Shown here: piece by piece, positions 41,331 through 54,334 of the stretch | Numbering within the stretch: the stretch's first letter is position 1 | Layout of the letters: each line of letters opens with the position of its first letter | DNA from: Daphnia carinata | Lineage: Eukaryota | Direction: 5' to 3' | Assembly: GCF_022539665.2 (NCBI RefSeq) | Contig: NC_081331.1 | Location: forward strand, 12,524,001 to 12,588,000 | Length of the DNA: 64,000 bases | Notes under the pieces: generated by a model | The model's database searches: none | The model's input: the letters and a program-made list of their open reading frames with translations, nothing else | Told to the model about the DNA's origin: nothing | Translations under genes and position numbers: made by a program

Positions 41331-42004
41331 ATAAACGACGTTTATTACTGCGCGTGAAATTCATTAATCATCCGTTCCACATATACAGTCCGTGATTTCA
41401 TTGTACGATTAAGTATGATGCACCTCCTTTATCGAGAACGAGAAAAATTTCATGATTTGGAGAATCGTTGAAAGGTAGCGTGAAACAAGAATGAATTTTC
41501 TAACCTTGAAACTTATCGTTGCTTCACCAGAAAGAAGAATAGATGAAAATGACAAGCAATAAAACAGAAAATAAATTGCTAGCAATTGCACAAGGTGTTG
41601 TAGGATATGTGACCTCAACGGGGAACATAAGCAATATTCTCCGGTTATAGATTCCGGGAAAGAGGATTTGATTCCATGCGCATGAATATTTTATCAATAG
41701 ATATGCGTCTTCGATAATCCAAGGTCCGCACCGAGAATTGCTTTTTGGAGTTTCTTCATCGCTTGTTTTGCATCCAACACATATGGCAAGACGGCAGTTT
41801 TTAGTTTCTCTGCGTGACAAATCGAGATGAGAGAGAATAAAATACACGTCGTTTATCAACAAAGTGCTAGCTTTCGGTTGGTGATGCAAACGGCGAGAAA
41901 GAATAGAAATTGTCAGCTGGTGGCATAAGGAAATATAAGAAAAAGTACGGCATTCTTCGGTCTCCGATTTCGAATGAAGGATGGTGCCAACCCTTAAAGT
42001 ATGG

Positions 42005-42042
42005 TATAAAAGGTTCTGGGACTGTTGCCGATGCTTGCAGTA
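42005..42042 (+). promoter_or_regulatory. TATA box plus Inr-like element of the cuticle protein gene
   Basis: TATAAAAG at 42005 with GCAGTA ~32 nt downstream, ~50 nt before the ATG at 42091. Confidence 0.5.
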
Positions 42043-42090
42043 TAAAGCTACATCATCATCCACACGGTTCCAAATTCAATAGTCTGCAGA

Positions 42091-42801
42091 ATGCGTCCGT
42101 TGGTATGAGCGCTGTTTGTTTTACTCTTTTAAATGATTAAATCCATAATTCAAAAAGGATATGTTTTCTTTCTTTAGTGCGTGTTGATCGCCATTTTCTT
42201 ACCCGTAATTTTGCCAACTGAAGCTGCTCCGTTACCGACCAGTCCATTTGCCTCGGACTTCGATCCACCAATCTCAGTAACCGACTTGGTGCTTGATGCT
42301 ATTCCTCCGTCATCATCGACGGTTGCCACCATTGTCTCGCAACATCAACATCTATCCCTCAACGGCGCTTACGAATATGGGTACGTCACTAATGACTTAT
42401 TTGATCTATTTTTAATAATGCAACTTTATAGCTTTATTGTCGTGCAAGAGATTCAAATATAATGAAAAATCAAATTGGAATTGTTCGCAGAAATCGATAG
42501 TTTATGTAACATCACAAACGGGGCACATGTTTGATTCTTCGTATTGAAATTTTGAATTTAAAAAAGTAATTTAATATCATATTTTTTAATCAGTTACCTC
42601 AGCAGCAACGGAATCGAAATGGAGGAGAAGGGTGGCCAGAAAGAAATCGAAGGGCCGGACGGAGAAAAAACGTTTGGAATAGTCTCGAGTGGTAAATACT
42701 CTTACAACATCGTTGAGGACGGCAAGATAAAAAAAATGACAGTTGTTTGGACGGCTGATGAAAAAGGATTTCGCCCCGTCATCACCATTTCCGATATTTG
42801 A
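42091..42801 (+). CDS. Cuticular protein, RR-1 (chitin-binding type 4) family, 3 exons
   Basis: Micro-exon MRPL | signal peptide CVLIAIFLPVILPTEA; GAYEYG | YLSSNGI..EEKG..GKYSY...DG....V.WTADEKGFRP (Rebers-Riddiford consensus). Confidence 0.85.
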
Positions 42802-43219
42802 TTTTTTTAACATTATGTAATGCGACAAAAAATGTGTGGCAAGTTGTTTCATTTGCCATTCTCCGTCTTAATTTGTTCATTGTTCCACGCTAAAATTCCC
42901 TTATAAACAATTTCTAATCGCTAAACTTGCAGAGATAAAAATTTAATAAAAGGGCTACATCAAACAGCTTAATAAAGATCCTAAATGATTGCATTATAAA
43001 ATTTCGTGTTAATCGATTTATATCGCCCCTTCCCAGAATGAGTTAGTATCATTTTTTAATGAAGGGGCTCAAAAAGATGTACATAATCGACCTCGGGCAA
43101 GAAATACAGATTGACCAATCAAATCTTATGTTACTAATGGCGTTGGCCGTGACAAACGAAGGTGTCGTCAGAGACCGTATTTGTCGATCAATTTATTCCA
43201 TCTCTGCAAGTTAGGCAAG

Positions 43220-45895
43220 ATGGGTCACCCTCAATTTATTCTCCCATTTTTACTGATAGGTAATAATGTCTTTTTTTGAAATAAATAATTCCGAGCAAGA
43301 GAGTGATTGATGGTTTTCATTTTGTACAGGCTTAATATGTGTGACGTCAACTTTGTCGCTTTCGTTGCCCAGAGCAGTGGACGAAAAGGTTCCAGAGCAG
43401 AAAATAGTTGCTGATATGTTGGAGTTGAGCAGAGCGGCCGATGTCAAAGTTGCCTGCCCACTGTCAGATACATTTTGTTTGCCAAGAGTAAAATGTCCCA
43501 TCAAGTCTATAGTGTACGATCGTGAAGGCACGCGTTTCACGGTCGGTGCCGAGGTAAATTGTATTTCCTATTCCGATTGACTCGAAATTTTTAAAAACTG
43601 TTGTGTGTTTATTATTTGTCTTGTGTACATTTGTCTAATTACATTTACTTTAATTTAATGACGCCCAACAGTTCAGAGACATCTTTGGATGTGGAGCTTT
43701 TAGCCCTACGTGGACATACGTTTGCTGCGCTACACTTGATAAACTAGAAGAAGAAGGTTGGAGACCCACACCTGATTTGTGGTTCTTGCCGCCTCACGAT
43801 GGATCCGCACCTGCCAAAGACGTGGATCCGTCAGCTCCCTTCCCAGTTATCTTGCCTTGGCCAGGTTTCGAAGACGCCGATTCCTCACCCGAGATTATAG
43901 ATTCGGGTGAGTCTAATCAAGTTCGATGTAGTTTTCTTGCAAGTCTGACGTGACATTTAATTTTAAAGGTAACGGCAATTTAACAACCGAACAGCCTTTA
44001 TCAACAGGATCTGCCATGACTGAGAAGCCTAAACAGAGTAAGCAGAAAAAGAATGTAATGTCAACTGAACATTTCATTTAATTCTTATAATTCAATAGAT
44101 CCCAGAAGTGCTACAGAAGCCCCTCAGAACGCTCCAGTGCCACATACCGGAGCTCCTCCTGTGATGATGCAAGATCCACGCCTTAACAACCCATGGTTCA
44201 ACCCTAATGCCCCTCTTATGTCTATGAATCAACCTTGGATGTTTCCACCTTCACCTGGCAATTTTGATCCACGATTTCCTATGCAAAGTGGTCTGCAAGA
44301 TCCTCGACTGCTACAGAGATTCAACCCACCGCGATCTGATTGGGCGGAGATGATTCTTATATTTCCCGATGGCTCTTTTCAGCATTCCATTCGGGATCCA
44401 CGTCCCATGGTAAAAAATCATGAACTACGACTATCCGTTCCACTCATTTAATTCAAATTATGCAGGGTATGGTTCCAATGCCTGACGGACGACCACCCAA
44501 CCAGAGGGATGGTCTGCTTCGACCAACTTTAGAATTTTCGCCACCTCAAACTCAACCAATGCAGACCATCGTCGCTGAAACTGAAAACCCCGATGCCAGC
44601 AATTCCAGATCTCGACGAGCAATTGTATGAAATCTTTGACTAACCCATACGAAGCATTTCAATATTTAAATCATTATGGTTGCAGGCTTCGAAAACATTC
44701 AAAATTCCTCCTGCCGCAGGTGGGCTGTGGACTGGTGAAAACAGGACATCCGAAGGAGAAGGAAGAGCACTTTTACCACCACCAAAAGCCGTTTGGGGAT
44801 CACCTGGCACAGGTAATTTAGACGGCTAGGTCATATTTTGAAAATAATTAATTATCATCCACTTCTCGTGTAGGCAATGTACCAGTCAGGCCAATTCCGC
44901 CGATGTACGGAGTCGATAATGAACGCTGTGGCGTTTCATCGTCGAGTGGCATCAATGCTCGCGTTCTGTCCGGACGCAAACCAGCGTCACAGATGGAATC
45001 TGAAACAAGTTTTGCCGAGTTCCCGTGGCACGTTGCTGTAGTGAACGGACAAACAGGAGACTATCTTTGCGCTGGTACTATCATCTCGGCCCGTTTCGTC
45101 CTGACAGTGGCTCATTGTGTACGCAAATTCCAATTCACTCTGCTCTTCGTCCGTGTCGGAGACTGGGATTTGAGCGGCCTTGGCGAGATGTTTCCGTCTT
45201 ACGATGTTGAAGTTCAAAATACTATTATCCACGAAGAATTCTACGCCGGAAATTTACAGAACGACATTGCCCTTCTCCAACTTAAATTCCCACTTGATTT
45301 CAGCATCATGCCTCATGTCGGTACCATCTGCTTGCCGCCTTCTAGCGAGCCCATCTACTCGGACTGCATTGTCACCGGTTGGGGCCAACAACTGTCTACC
45401 TCAGAGGCAAAAGGCGACACTTCGACCTTCAGTCGTACCTTGAAACAAACCAGCCAAACTCTAGTGACTGCTCAATTCTGCGAGAAAGCTCTCCGTCCTT
45501 TCCTCGGACAGTTTTACCAGCTACCGAAAAAAGGTTTCGTGTGCGCTTACGATAAAGACGGTAAAGATTCTTGCTTTGGTGACGGAGGAGGAGCGCTGGC
45601 CTGCTTGGTTAACGCACCAAACTACCCAAAATCTAATCAATACCACGTCGTCGGACTCGTTTCATGGGGTGTTGGCTGTGGCATGCCCAATGTTCCGTCT
45701 GCCTACACTGCCATTTGGGATTATCTGGACTGGATCCGTGCTAAAATATCTCCTATTGATTCTTATCCCATGGCTAATCCATTGCCTTTGAAGGAACCTA
45801 GTCCTGTCATAATGGTCCGTGCCAACGAAGCTACCACTACAACACCGTCGCCTTCCACCACGCAACACGATTTTATCGATTTAGCTTTTGCCTGA
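43220..45895 (+). CDS. Clip-domain serine protease homologue (masquerade/PPAF-like, non-catalytic)
   Basis: Signal peptide; clip-like Cys pattern C..C..C..(intron)..C..CC; Pro/Met-rich linker; trypsin domain AEFPW, TVAHC, DIALL, with GDGGG (catalytic Ser replaced by Gly). Confidence 0.85.
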
Positions 45896-46203
45896 AAATC
45901 TGTTTATTTTTTTTTTTTCTAAAGAGTAATGATGTACAATTTATTTTAATTGTTGGCTTATCGTGTTTGAAGAAAATTGCTAATATAACGCCAATATTGT
46001 TTATTTACTGTTCATTTATTTTTTTAATTTTCCTTCTCGTATCTGTAAAAAAAATATTTAAATAGTAAAACAAAGAATCGAACACGTGGAACCAGCATGA
46101 CAGCCGCGCTCTATGCCACAGCGCCATCTTTCATTTACACTGCTCTGTACATAAGCTCGGTATTTGAATGGGTGACATCCGAAGCTAAATTTGATTTGAA
46201 TGT

Positions 46204-46275
46204 GCGGTCCTGGCACAGTGGTTATCACCCACGCTGTAATCTGTAGTCCCTGGGTTCAAGTCCCGCCGCCGCCAA
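46204..46275 (+). mobile_element. tRNA-derived SINE-like head / pseudo-tRNA
   Basis: A-box TGGCACAGTGG (46211) and B-box GGTTCAAGTCC (~46253) at tRNA spacing but poor acceptor and anticodon stems; followed by C-rich and GAA-rich low-complexity tracts. Confidence 0.5.
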
Positions 46276-47352
46276 TTTCCAAGCCCTCCCTTCCCTCCCA
46301 CCACCCTCCCCTCCCACCCACCATCTCCATCCATTCAAGATTCATCACGGATTCGCAAGATTCTTCATTACATCGGAATACGCAAGACTCTGCATCTTCA
46401 TCACAACGGATACGCAAGATTCATCATCTCTTCGCAAGAAAGAAAAAACATCCTTCAAGAAAGAAGAAGAAAAAAGAAGAGCAAGAAAGAAAAAACATCC
46501 TTCAAGAAAGAAGAAGAAAAAAGAAGAGCCATGCCTACTATAACGGGGCTAAATGGCACTACACTAAAAAAAACACTACACACATACATTCACACAACAC
46601 TGCCACACACCTACACGACAAAAAACACGTATACAGACGTTTCACATCGATCTGTAGTACCGTTCACTACACGTTGAAGATCGACCCAAACTGAAGGTAG
46701 AGAAGAGGTAATCGTAGCTTGTAGGCTGTTCGTAAGCCTCCCCATGGCCACTAGGTTCATGGATGCATGCAGCTTATCATCGAGCTATGTGACCCTCTTC
46801 GATACCTATTTTTGTTATTTTTGTTGATAAAGATAGACCTACCAATAGCGATTGCACATTTATCATTAACATCAATTCACTTTAACAACAAAACGTAGGT
46901 TGCAACGTCGCTTTAACAGCAGACGACAAGAATGTAATGTCAAATTTTGTTCTTACACGCGTTACAATTCAAGGGAAGGTATGTTGAAAACTCGCATTAA
47001 AAACTAATATATTATAATAAAACAGTGCTCAGTCATTTGAACATACAACATACAACTTGTTTTGTGTAGTCATTTAGAGGACAAAAGAACTTTGACAAAA
47101 AACGGCTATCAAGGTTCACTAAAATCAAAGTTCTCCCTGAAGCTTGAATTAAAGTGGTGTGTTCAATGGTCCACACTTCACAATACCCACTTCTATCTGA
47201 ACTAAATGTTCCAAGTGCTTGTTGTGCAGCTTTATATCTAAGATTATAGACATTTTGCCATTTTTCTTCCTACTGACTAAATCGGTAGTATTACATGAAA
47301 AATTATGTAAAAGAAAATGTGATCTACATTTTACAATTTCAGACGGGAAAAC

Positions 47353-48406
47353 ATGCCTGCATTAGCAACTGACAACCAAATTGAGGCTGTTTCCAAAGTA
47401 CTCAATGACACCAGCAGACCACTAAAAGAACGCTTCCGGGCCTTGTTTACCCTACGCAACCTTGGCGGACCCAAAGCTGTTGAAGGCATTTCATCCTGCT
47501 TCACTGACTCTTCAGCCCTATTGAAACACGAACTAGCATACTGCCTAGGACAGATGCAAGATCCTTCGGCTATTCCTGTGCTTACGTCTGTACTAAAGGA
47601 TGTTCAGCAAGAACCGATGGTTCGCCATGAAGCCGGTATTGCACTAAACACATTCATTTCATATCCCTGTATAAAAATGCTGTATAAAAATGGTCTACTT
47701 CAAATAGGTGAAGCTCTTGGTGCAATCGGTAGCGCAGAATCTCTGCCCGTCTTGCAAGATCATTGTCAAGACAAGGTAATAGAAGTTGCTGAGACTTGCC
47801 AACTGGCAGTCCAACGTATAAACTGGCTGCTTGATGAGAAGAAAAAATGTGAGATCGATAGTGCATACCAGCAAAATCCGTATTGTAGCGTGGACCCAAC
47901 GCCATCAACGTCAGTAAAAGAAACGGAGGAATTGAAGACTATATTACTAGACGAAACTTTGCCTTTATTTGAACGATATCGTGCCATGTTTGCCCTAAGA
48001 AACAAAGGAGATGTTGAAAGCGTAAAAGCCCTGGCCGAAGGTATTAGAAATAATAAATTTTTAAAGTTGATTACCAAATGTAAGAGTATGAAATGCAGGT
48101 TTAAAATGCAATAGTGCGTTATTTAGGCACGAAGTTGCCTATGTCCTTGGACAGATACAGAGCCCTGCCTGCATCAAGCAACTGATCGAGCGGCTCGAAC
48201 TTGCTGACGAAAACGAAATGGTTAGGCATGAATGCGCTGAGGCTCTCGGATCCATTGCCCAGGACGAGTGCCGGGAAATTCTCCAGAAATATGTGGAAGA
48301 CTCTGCTAGGGTGGTCAAAGAAAGTTGTGAAGTGGCGTTGGACATGTGTGAATACGAAAATAGCCCAGAATTCCAGTATGCTAATGGATTAACTAACTTA
48401 GACTGA
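47353..48406 (+). CDS. DOHH: Deoxyhypusine hydroxylase (HEAT-repeat), 3 coding exons
   Basis: [13 protein letters not shown]; four HE motifs ([30 protein letters not shown]); SVDPTP; C-terminal EFQYA. Confidence 0.96.
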
Positions 48407-48831
48407 TAATCGTATAAATAACTCCGCGCGGTTAAAAATAAACTTGGTTCTGGACAATTTCATTTTAGCTTTTGTTATTTAAATAACTATATTTTTTTAG
48501 CTTTTAATGTTTCAACCAGGTGTTCACTTTCCCACGAGAAAAGCTTTAACGATAGCATTTTCGGTTTTTTGGCCTAGTGTTTTGTGCTTGGGTTTATTGT
48601 GTGGCCTAGGGTGGTTGGACCCTTTACGTTAGCCGTGAGAATGAACCATAGATGGCGTGCAAGAAGGGAAAGAAAAAAGACAAGTTAGAGTAATTTGACC
48701 CCTTCACTTACTGTTTTCGTGTGAGCTGTCAACAATATGTTTATGTAGCCTAACCCCAGTTCTTCTTTTTTTGCCCGTTGAGTTGATCTGATTAGATCTT
48801 TGTTGAAAAGCCTTGGTGGCAAAGGGTAGGT

Positions 48832-51800
48832 ATGTACTACCCGGTAAACTGGCCCAGAGTTATCCGGCTGCCCGATCTGGGCAGCCCGGTTATTCATCAA
48901 GTCGTGTGCAATAGGGATAAAATCCTTGTTGCTGTATTGTCTTCCGACACCCTTACAATACTGTATAATAAGGTATTCATCCAACATGATTGAATTATAA
49001 ATATGGAGTTTCTCCAGATTGAAAAACTTTATTCTAGCCATGTGTTCCTGTGGCCTGCCTGAAGCGAGACGACAAATCACTAAATGAACATGGAGAAAAT
49101 CAGGAAGTGGAGTGGAAGCCAGATTCTTCTGCCATTGCCGTCACTGTATGTTTTGTGTTTGATATTCAGAAGATTTTTCATCAATTATGCATTTTTACAC
49201 CATAGACATCTAAGGGCTACTTGTCATTCTATGATCTAAGTTTCCTGTCCGATCAGCAACACTTGTACGAGCAGAAAGATTCATCGGTTCCAGGGCTGAG
49301 AAGGGAGAGTGCTGAATTATTCATTAAAGACAGCATTCCAGCATTCAGTCTAAAGCACTGCCAAACAATACCAATTGACAGTGGTGCTACAGGGATGGTT
49401 TGTATTCGAGATGAACTGATGGTGTCAACTAAATATGGTCATATTTTGCGATATCACTGGAATGGAACCCTCAATCGGGACTATTGCCTTGACTTGAGAC
49501 GGGTGCCATTTTGCGTTGATCAGCTTGCCGCCAGAGCTGTTCCCATAACAGAACCGAACACATTCGTCTCACTAATAGATTACTCCCCATTACTGGGCGG
49601 GTTCGCTGTAGTCCTAAATGATGGAAGAGGTGCATTCCTAACAGCCACTACCTTAAAGTTTGATCCTAATCAAGTCCAAGGTATTTGGGCGCCATTGGAT
49701 GATGTAACGTGCACGGCTATAAATCACAGGTATTTACGTTTTTTGGTTCAAACTGCTGCTAGATTTACAGACTACAATGCTCTGAAATAAAGGTATCGCT
49801 TGGTTGCATTTGGCCGGCGCAATTCGCATGCGGATGTTTACACGATTGATGAAACAACTGGTGGACTACAACTTTCCCACACCCTGCAGCTGAGCAGCAA
49901 AGATTTCCCTGGTTCACCTGGTCCTGTTCAGCTGCTCAAGTGGAGCCCAGACGGCTGCTGTTTGGCCCTTTGCTGGGCAGAGGGAGCTGTTTCTTTATGG
50001 TCCACTTTTGGCGCGTTGTTACTTTGCACGCTTAATTGGGACTATGGTTCAGCTCAACATCATTCTTTGACCGTTCGCGCTATGGACTGGGGCATCGAAG
50101 GCTATCAACTCTGGATGATATCTTTGCCCGGCGATGTACTGACACAGATGGAATTGGTTAAATCACCGTTAACCGCTAACCCTTGCATGAGCTCCAAGGA
50201 ACGGCTTTACCTTCATGGACAAGATAGAATATACATCAACATTAGTGACACCAGCCCGCACCGAACAACGTCTTCTACCGGTGGCGATTCTGGTGCATTA
50301 CTTAGCAGTAAACAATGGCTGATTGTGCAGGCACCATCGGCATACATGGCCGGAAATTGGCCTTTGAGATTCGCTACATTAGACGCCAAGTGCGAAAATC
50401 TTGCAGTAGCTGGTCGAACGGGTTTCGCTTTATATTCATTTTCAACTCGTCGCTGGAAGTTATTTGGAAACGAGTCTCAAGAACGCGATTTTGTCGTAGC
50501 TGGAGGGCTTCTTTGGACAAGCACCGGAGGCCAAGCGCAAGTTGTGATGGGTTGTTACAATATTGGTGCTGACCGAGACGAAGTTCGACTCTATCCTCGC
50601 GACAATCCTCGACTTGACAATGCTTCCTGCACCATACAACAAGTGGCGGGACAAATTCTCCTGCTTAACATGATGCGGGATACATTATTGGTTTACACCT
50701 CAGACTGTCATATTAGTCTTTTTGAAACGGAGGTATCAGGAAGTGGACAGCTTCAATTATCTCGTACACAAGAAATTGACGTCAGTACGCTCGGTTTACA
50801 TCCTGCATGCTTAGTGGCAGCCACATTGACTAGCTTGAGTCATGCCACGGAACCTCAACAATCACACGGATCGTCTTGTCAGCAAAACATTTTGCTCAAC
50901 GTGTGCGGCCGTGTTCTCCTAATACAGCGTAACGAAGGACCGGATGAAAGTGACGAAGGTTCCGCCTACTACTCTGCACCTACCGTCTTGGCTTCGAGTG
51001 TTGAAATTCTTTGGGTTCCTAACCCCGAAGGAATGTGTCCGAGTAAGCCTCATCTGACCCAGGCGCTATGGCTCTGTTGTGGTGCTCATGGAATGCGTGT
51101 CTGGCTCCCACTCTACCCCCGTGAAGGCGATAAAGGTCATCATGCCTTCATGTCCAAGCGGATCATGTTGCCGTTCCAGCTTCATATCTATCCTCTGTCG
51201 GTTCTCTTTGAAGAAGCCATTCTGCTCGGTGTCGAAACGGACACGTTGCTTTATCCTTCCAGCGGAACGTCGGAAAATCCGTGGCTTATTCCTTTATGTG
51301 TCTTGGAACGAAATAGCCAAGTTTACCTTCACCACATCTTCCGACAGCTGGTATAAACGATTTTGTCTGTTAAATCTATTTTATGTTGTTCTAGTAATTT
51401 TGAATTTGAACAGATTCGACGCAACTTGGGATTCCATGCCTGGGAGATTGCCCGTGGCTGCACTGCTTTACCCTATTTTTCCCATTCATTGGAGCTGCTT
51501 TTGCATGAGGTGCTCGAAGAGGAAGCAACAAGCAAAGAGCCCATACCCGATGCTTTATTACCGAGCGTGCTCGAATTTATCCAAGAATTTCCCGTTTATC
51601 TAAAAACTATTGTCCAGTGTGCGCGGAAAACAGAAGTGGCTCTTTGGCCTTATCTTTTCGGTGCTGGTGTGGCCGCCAATCCTCGCCAACTTTTCCAGCG
51701 TTGTCTGGATTCGAAGCAGTTGGATTTGGCCGCTTCTTATCTCATTATTTTGCAAAATATGGAACCTGTGTCAGTCAGTCGACAGTACGCCACTGTACTC

Positions 51801-53543
51801 TTGGATGCTGCGCTTGAAAATTGTAGCTGGGATCTGGCTAAAGAGCTGGTCCGCTTTTTACGTGCCATCGATCCCAGCGATGCTGAATCAGCGACGCCCA
51901 GTTTTTCGTCGACCTGGAAACCTGGGTCAGCTCCTAGTCCTGCGGGATCTCTCCTACCATCAAAAATAAGCCTGGGCTCGCAGACCCCTCCAGTGAGTCC
52001 CAACCCCGAGGATTTTAATTTTTTATTGGGGTCTACTGTCCACCGTCCTGGAAGTCGGACGGCCGGAAGCATGAAATCTCCATCTTCAGAAACAAATGCC
52101 GGATTCCATCGTGAGATCACTCGCTCAATCAGCGAAACAATTCCAATCACCAAAAACTTTTCTACACCACCAGCAGGAAAAGAAGTTCCGCCCAGGAAGA
52201 AATCAGCTCCGGTTAATTCTCATCCAATTACGATCACAGGGGAACACGATCCACCAGATCCATCACTAGAAGAACTCTATATGGATTTGATTTTACAACG
52301 ACATGTCCGTCGTCTACTCTCAGCCGGTCGTCTGAGGGATCTCGGCTACTTGGTTGCCCATTTTGAATGTCCATTAGTTAACTGGCTGAGTAGAGAAAGA
52401 ATGAGAGCAGCCCGGGTGGATGATTTTGTTAGCGCCACACGCCGTTTACATACAGATTTTAACTGGCCTTTCCCTACAGTGAGCACTCAGACCGTTCGGA
52501 AGTTGTCCAACCGTAGTATATCGCTCGAAGAGAAGTTGCAAGCATTGGAAGTGGATGTCACCGCCACCCCTGTAATGTCATCGGCTCGATCTGATCCTCC
52601 TTATCAGCTCAGACAGAACGGTGAAGCCTTACTCGAGCCGATTAATGGTGGACTGTTGCTTCAAACAGTTGAAGCGCAATTGGAACCTCATGTTCCTTCC
52701 CGTAATTATTATTTTATTATTATTAGCTTTTCATTTTGAATTTAAAAAAAAAATTTTACACATATTTTCATAGAGGAGGAATGGAGCGTCCAAAGTGAAG
52801 GGGATCAAATGAGTCTGGCTGGCGAAGATCGTCTCAACGATCTGGATAGCTTACAAGAATCTTCATGGGGCGTGCATACGATGACGGTAGAAGTAGCGTC
52901 GGCTTCCGCTGCGATTAACGAACCACTCCAGAAAGCCAACGCCCAATCAGAGTTGCAATTAAGATACCTACTTCAACTCTTCACCGAGGCTGACTGTTTG
53001 GATTGGGCGTTGATCTTGGCAGTGACCCTTCGAGACGCTATGGCGGTTCTAAGGCTAGTCAGTATGATGAGAAGTGCTTTAAACAGTTGTCAGCCATCAA
53101 ACCAAGCGGCAACGATTGAAGTTGTCACGCGACTGAGAGATGCGTTGCTAGCTTTGTCACATTGGGCAGAGACGGATTGCCAAGGCTATCGGCCTTTTAT
53201 GAACGTCATATACGGGCAAGTGGGTATTTTAACTAAACTTATTCTGCCTCAAAGCAATGGCCCGTTGGCTTTACCCGCGGAACCAAGCGTTGTCTTAGAA
53301 TCTGGAGCAGCAATTCAGGGGACTGGCACTAAATCGCGCCATACTTCTGTGACTTTATTGACGCCATTGGGTCGTGTCCCGGAAGAGGATATGGATATTC
53401 CCGTTTTTAAGACCAATGGTAAATTGGACCTACCACCTGAAGGTGCTTTGTTGGAGCAATCAACGAAAAAAGAGCAGCAAGTCAATCAACATCAAGGCGA
53501 ACCAGTACCAGCTCAACAGGGTTCTAGCTGTGTTATTTCATAA
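48832..53543 (+). CDS. RIC1: RIC1, Rab6 GEF complex subunit (Rich/KIAA1432)
   Basis: N-terminus MYYPVNWPR; RRWKLFGNESQERDF; LPYFSHSLELLLHEVLEEEATSKEPIPDALLP; CARKTEVALW; AASYLIILQN; C-terminal CVIS. Confidence 0.93.
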
Positions 53544-54334
53544 TCGCTTCTCTATTTGTGCCACTGAATAACTCGATTTGGATCTGTTTCTTTCATTCTC
53601 TTTTGTTTTTGATTTGACATTTGACTTGGATTTCCATTCCTGTCTTGTTCCAAATTGTTCTTCTTGTTATTCATCTTTCAACTTCAGAGCAGCTCGGTAC
53701 AAAAGCAAGAAGAGGGAAAGAGAAAGAAGAATCAAACACTCTTCAACATTGTGCGCTATCGACAAACCGATGTTGTGAAATTTCAGTTTTCTTAACGAGA
53801 CATTCTGATGATAACGGGTCGGCCATAGAGTACGGGCAAAATTTGTATAGAAAAGAATAACTTCGTGTTGTGCCTTAATATTACGAAATACAAAGGAGGA
53901 ATTCGTGTCCTATTATTATACCAGCAGTCGCTAATGATTTTGAGGTGATAGCAGTTTTTTTTTTTGTTAGGACCAAACTACGGAAACATGAATGGCGCAT
54001 TTCCGTTGCTTTTAAGCGTTTCCTTGCTTAGATGAAAAATTTGTTATCGTATGCTTTTACAGTTGCCAGCCCGAAAAATCTAACGTCTGATATGAGGACT
54101 GGCTTCGAATTGTAAGACCGCGAAATTTGATGGTTTGGGCTCGCTCCGCCCTATCTTTTGAAAAGTGGGGCACCTAGCGGTATTTTTTCGTGTCTCTGTA
54201 ATCGTCTGTTAACAATACAAAGCAAGAGCTAGTGTGTGCTCCAATATTGCCCAATTCAGTTAGATCTCATTATTGTGTACTGCAAATCCTTAAAAAGAAT
54301 CATTTGTACATAATATCGAGTCGGTTCTCTGAGA

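Noticed and set aside
41524..42063. 179-aa minus-strand ORF
   Set aside because: No family motifs; overlaps the cuticle-gene promoter region.
46200..46694. 164-aa Pro/Lys/His-rich ORF
   Set aside because: Translation of low-complexity repeat DNA with a non-ATG start.
48685..49080. 131-aa antisense ORF over the RIC1 5' exons
   Set aside because: Shadow ORF with a non-ATG start and no independent support.
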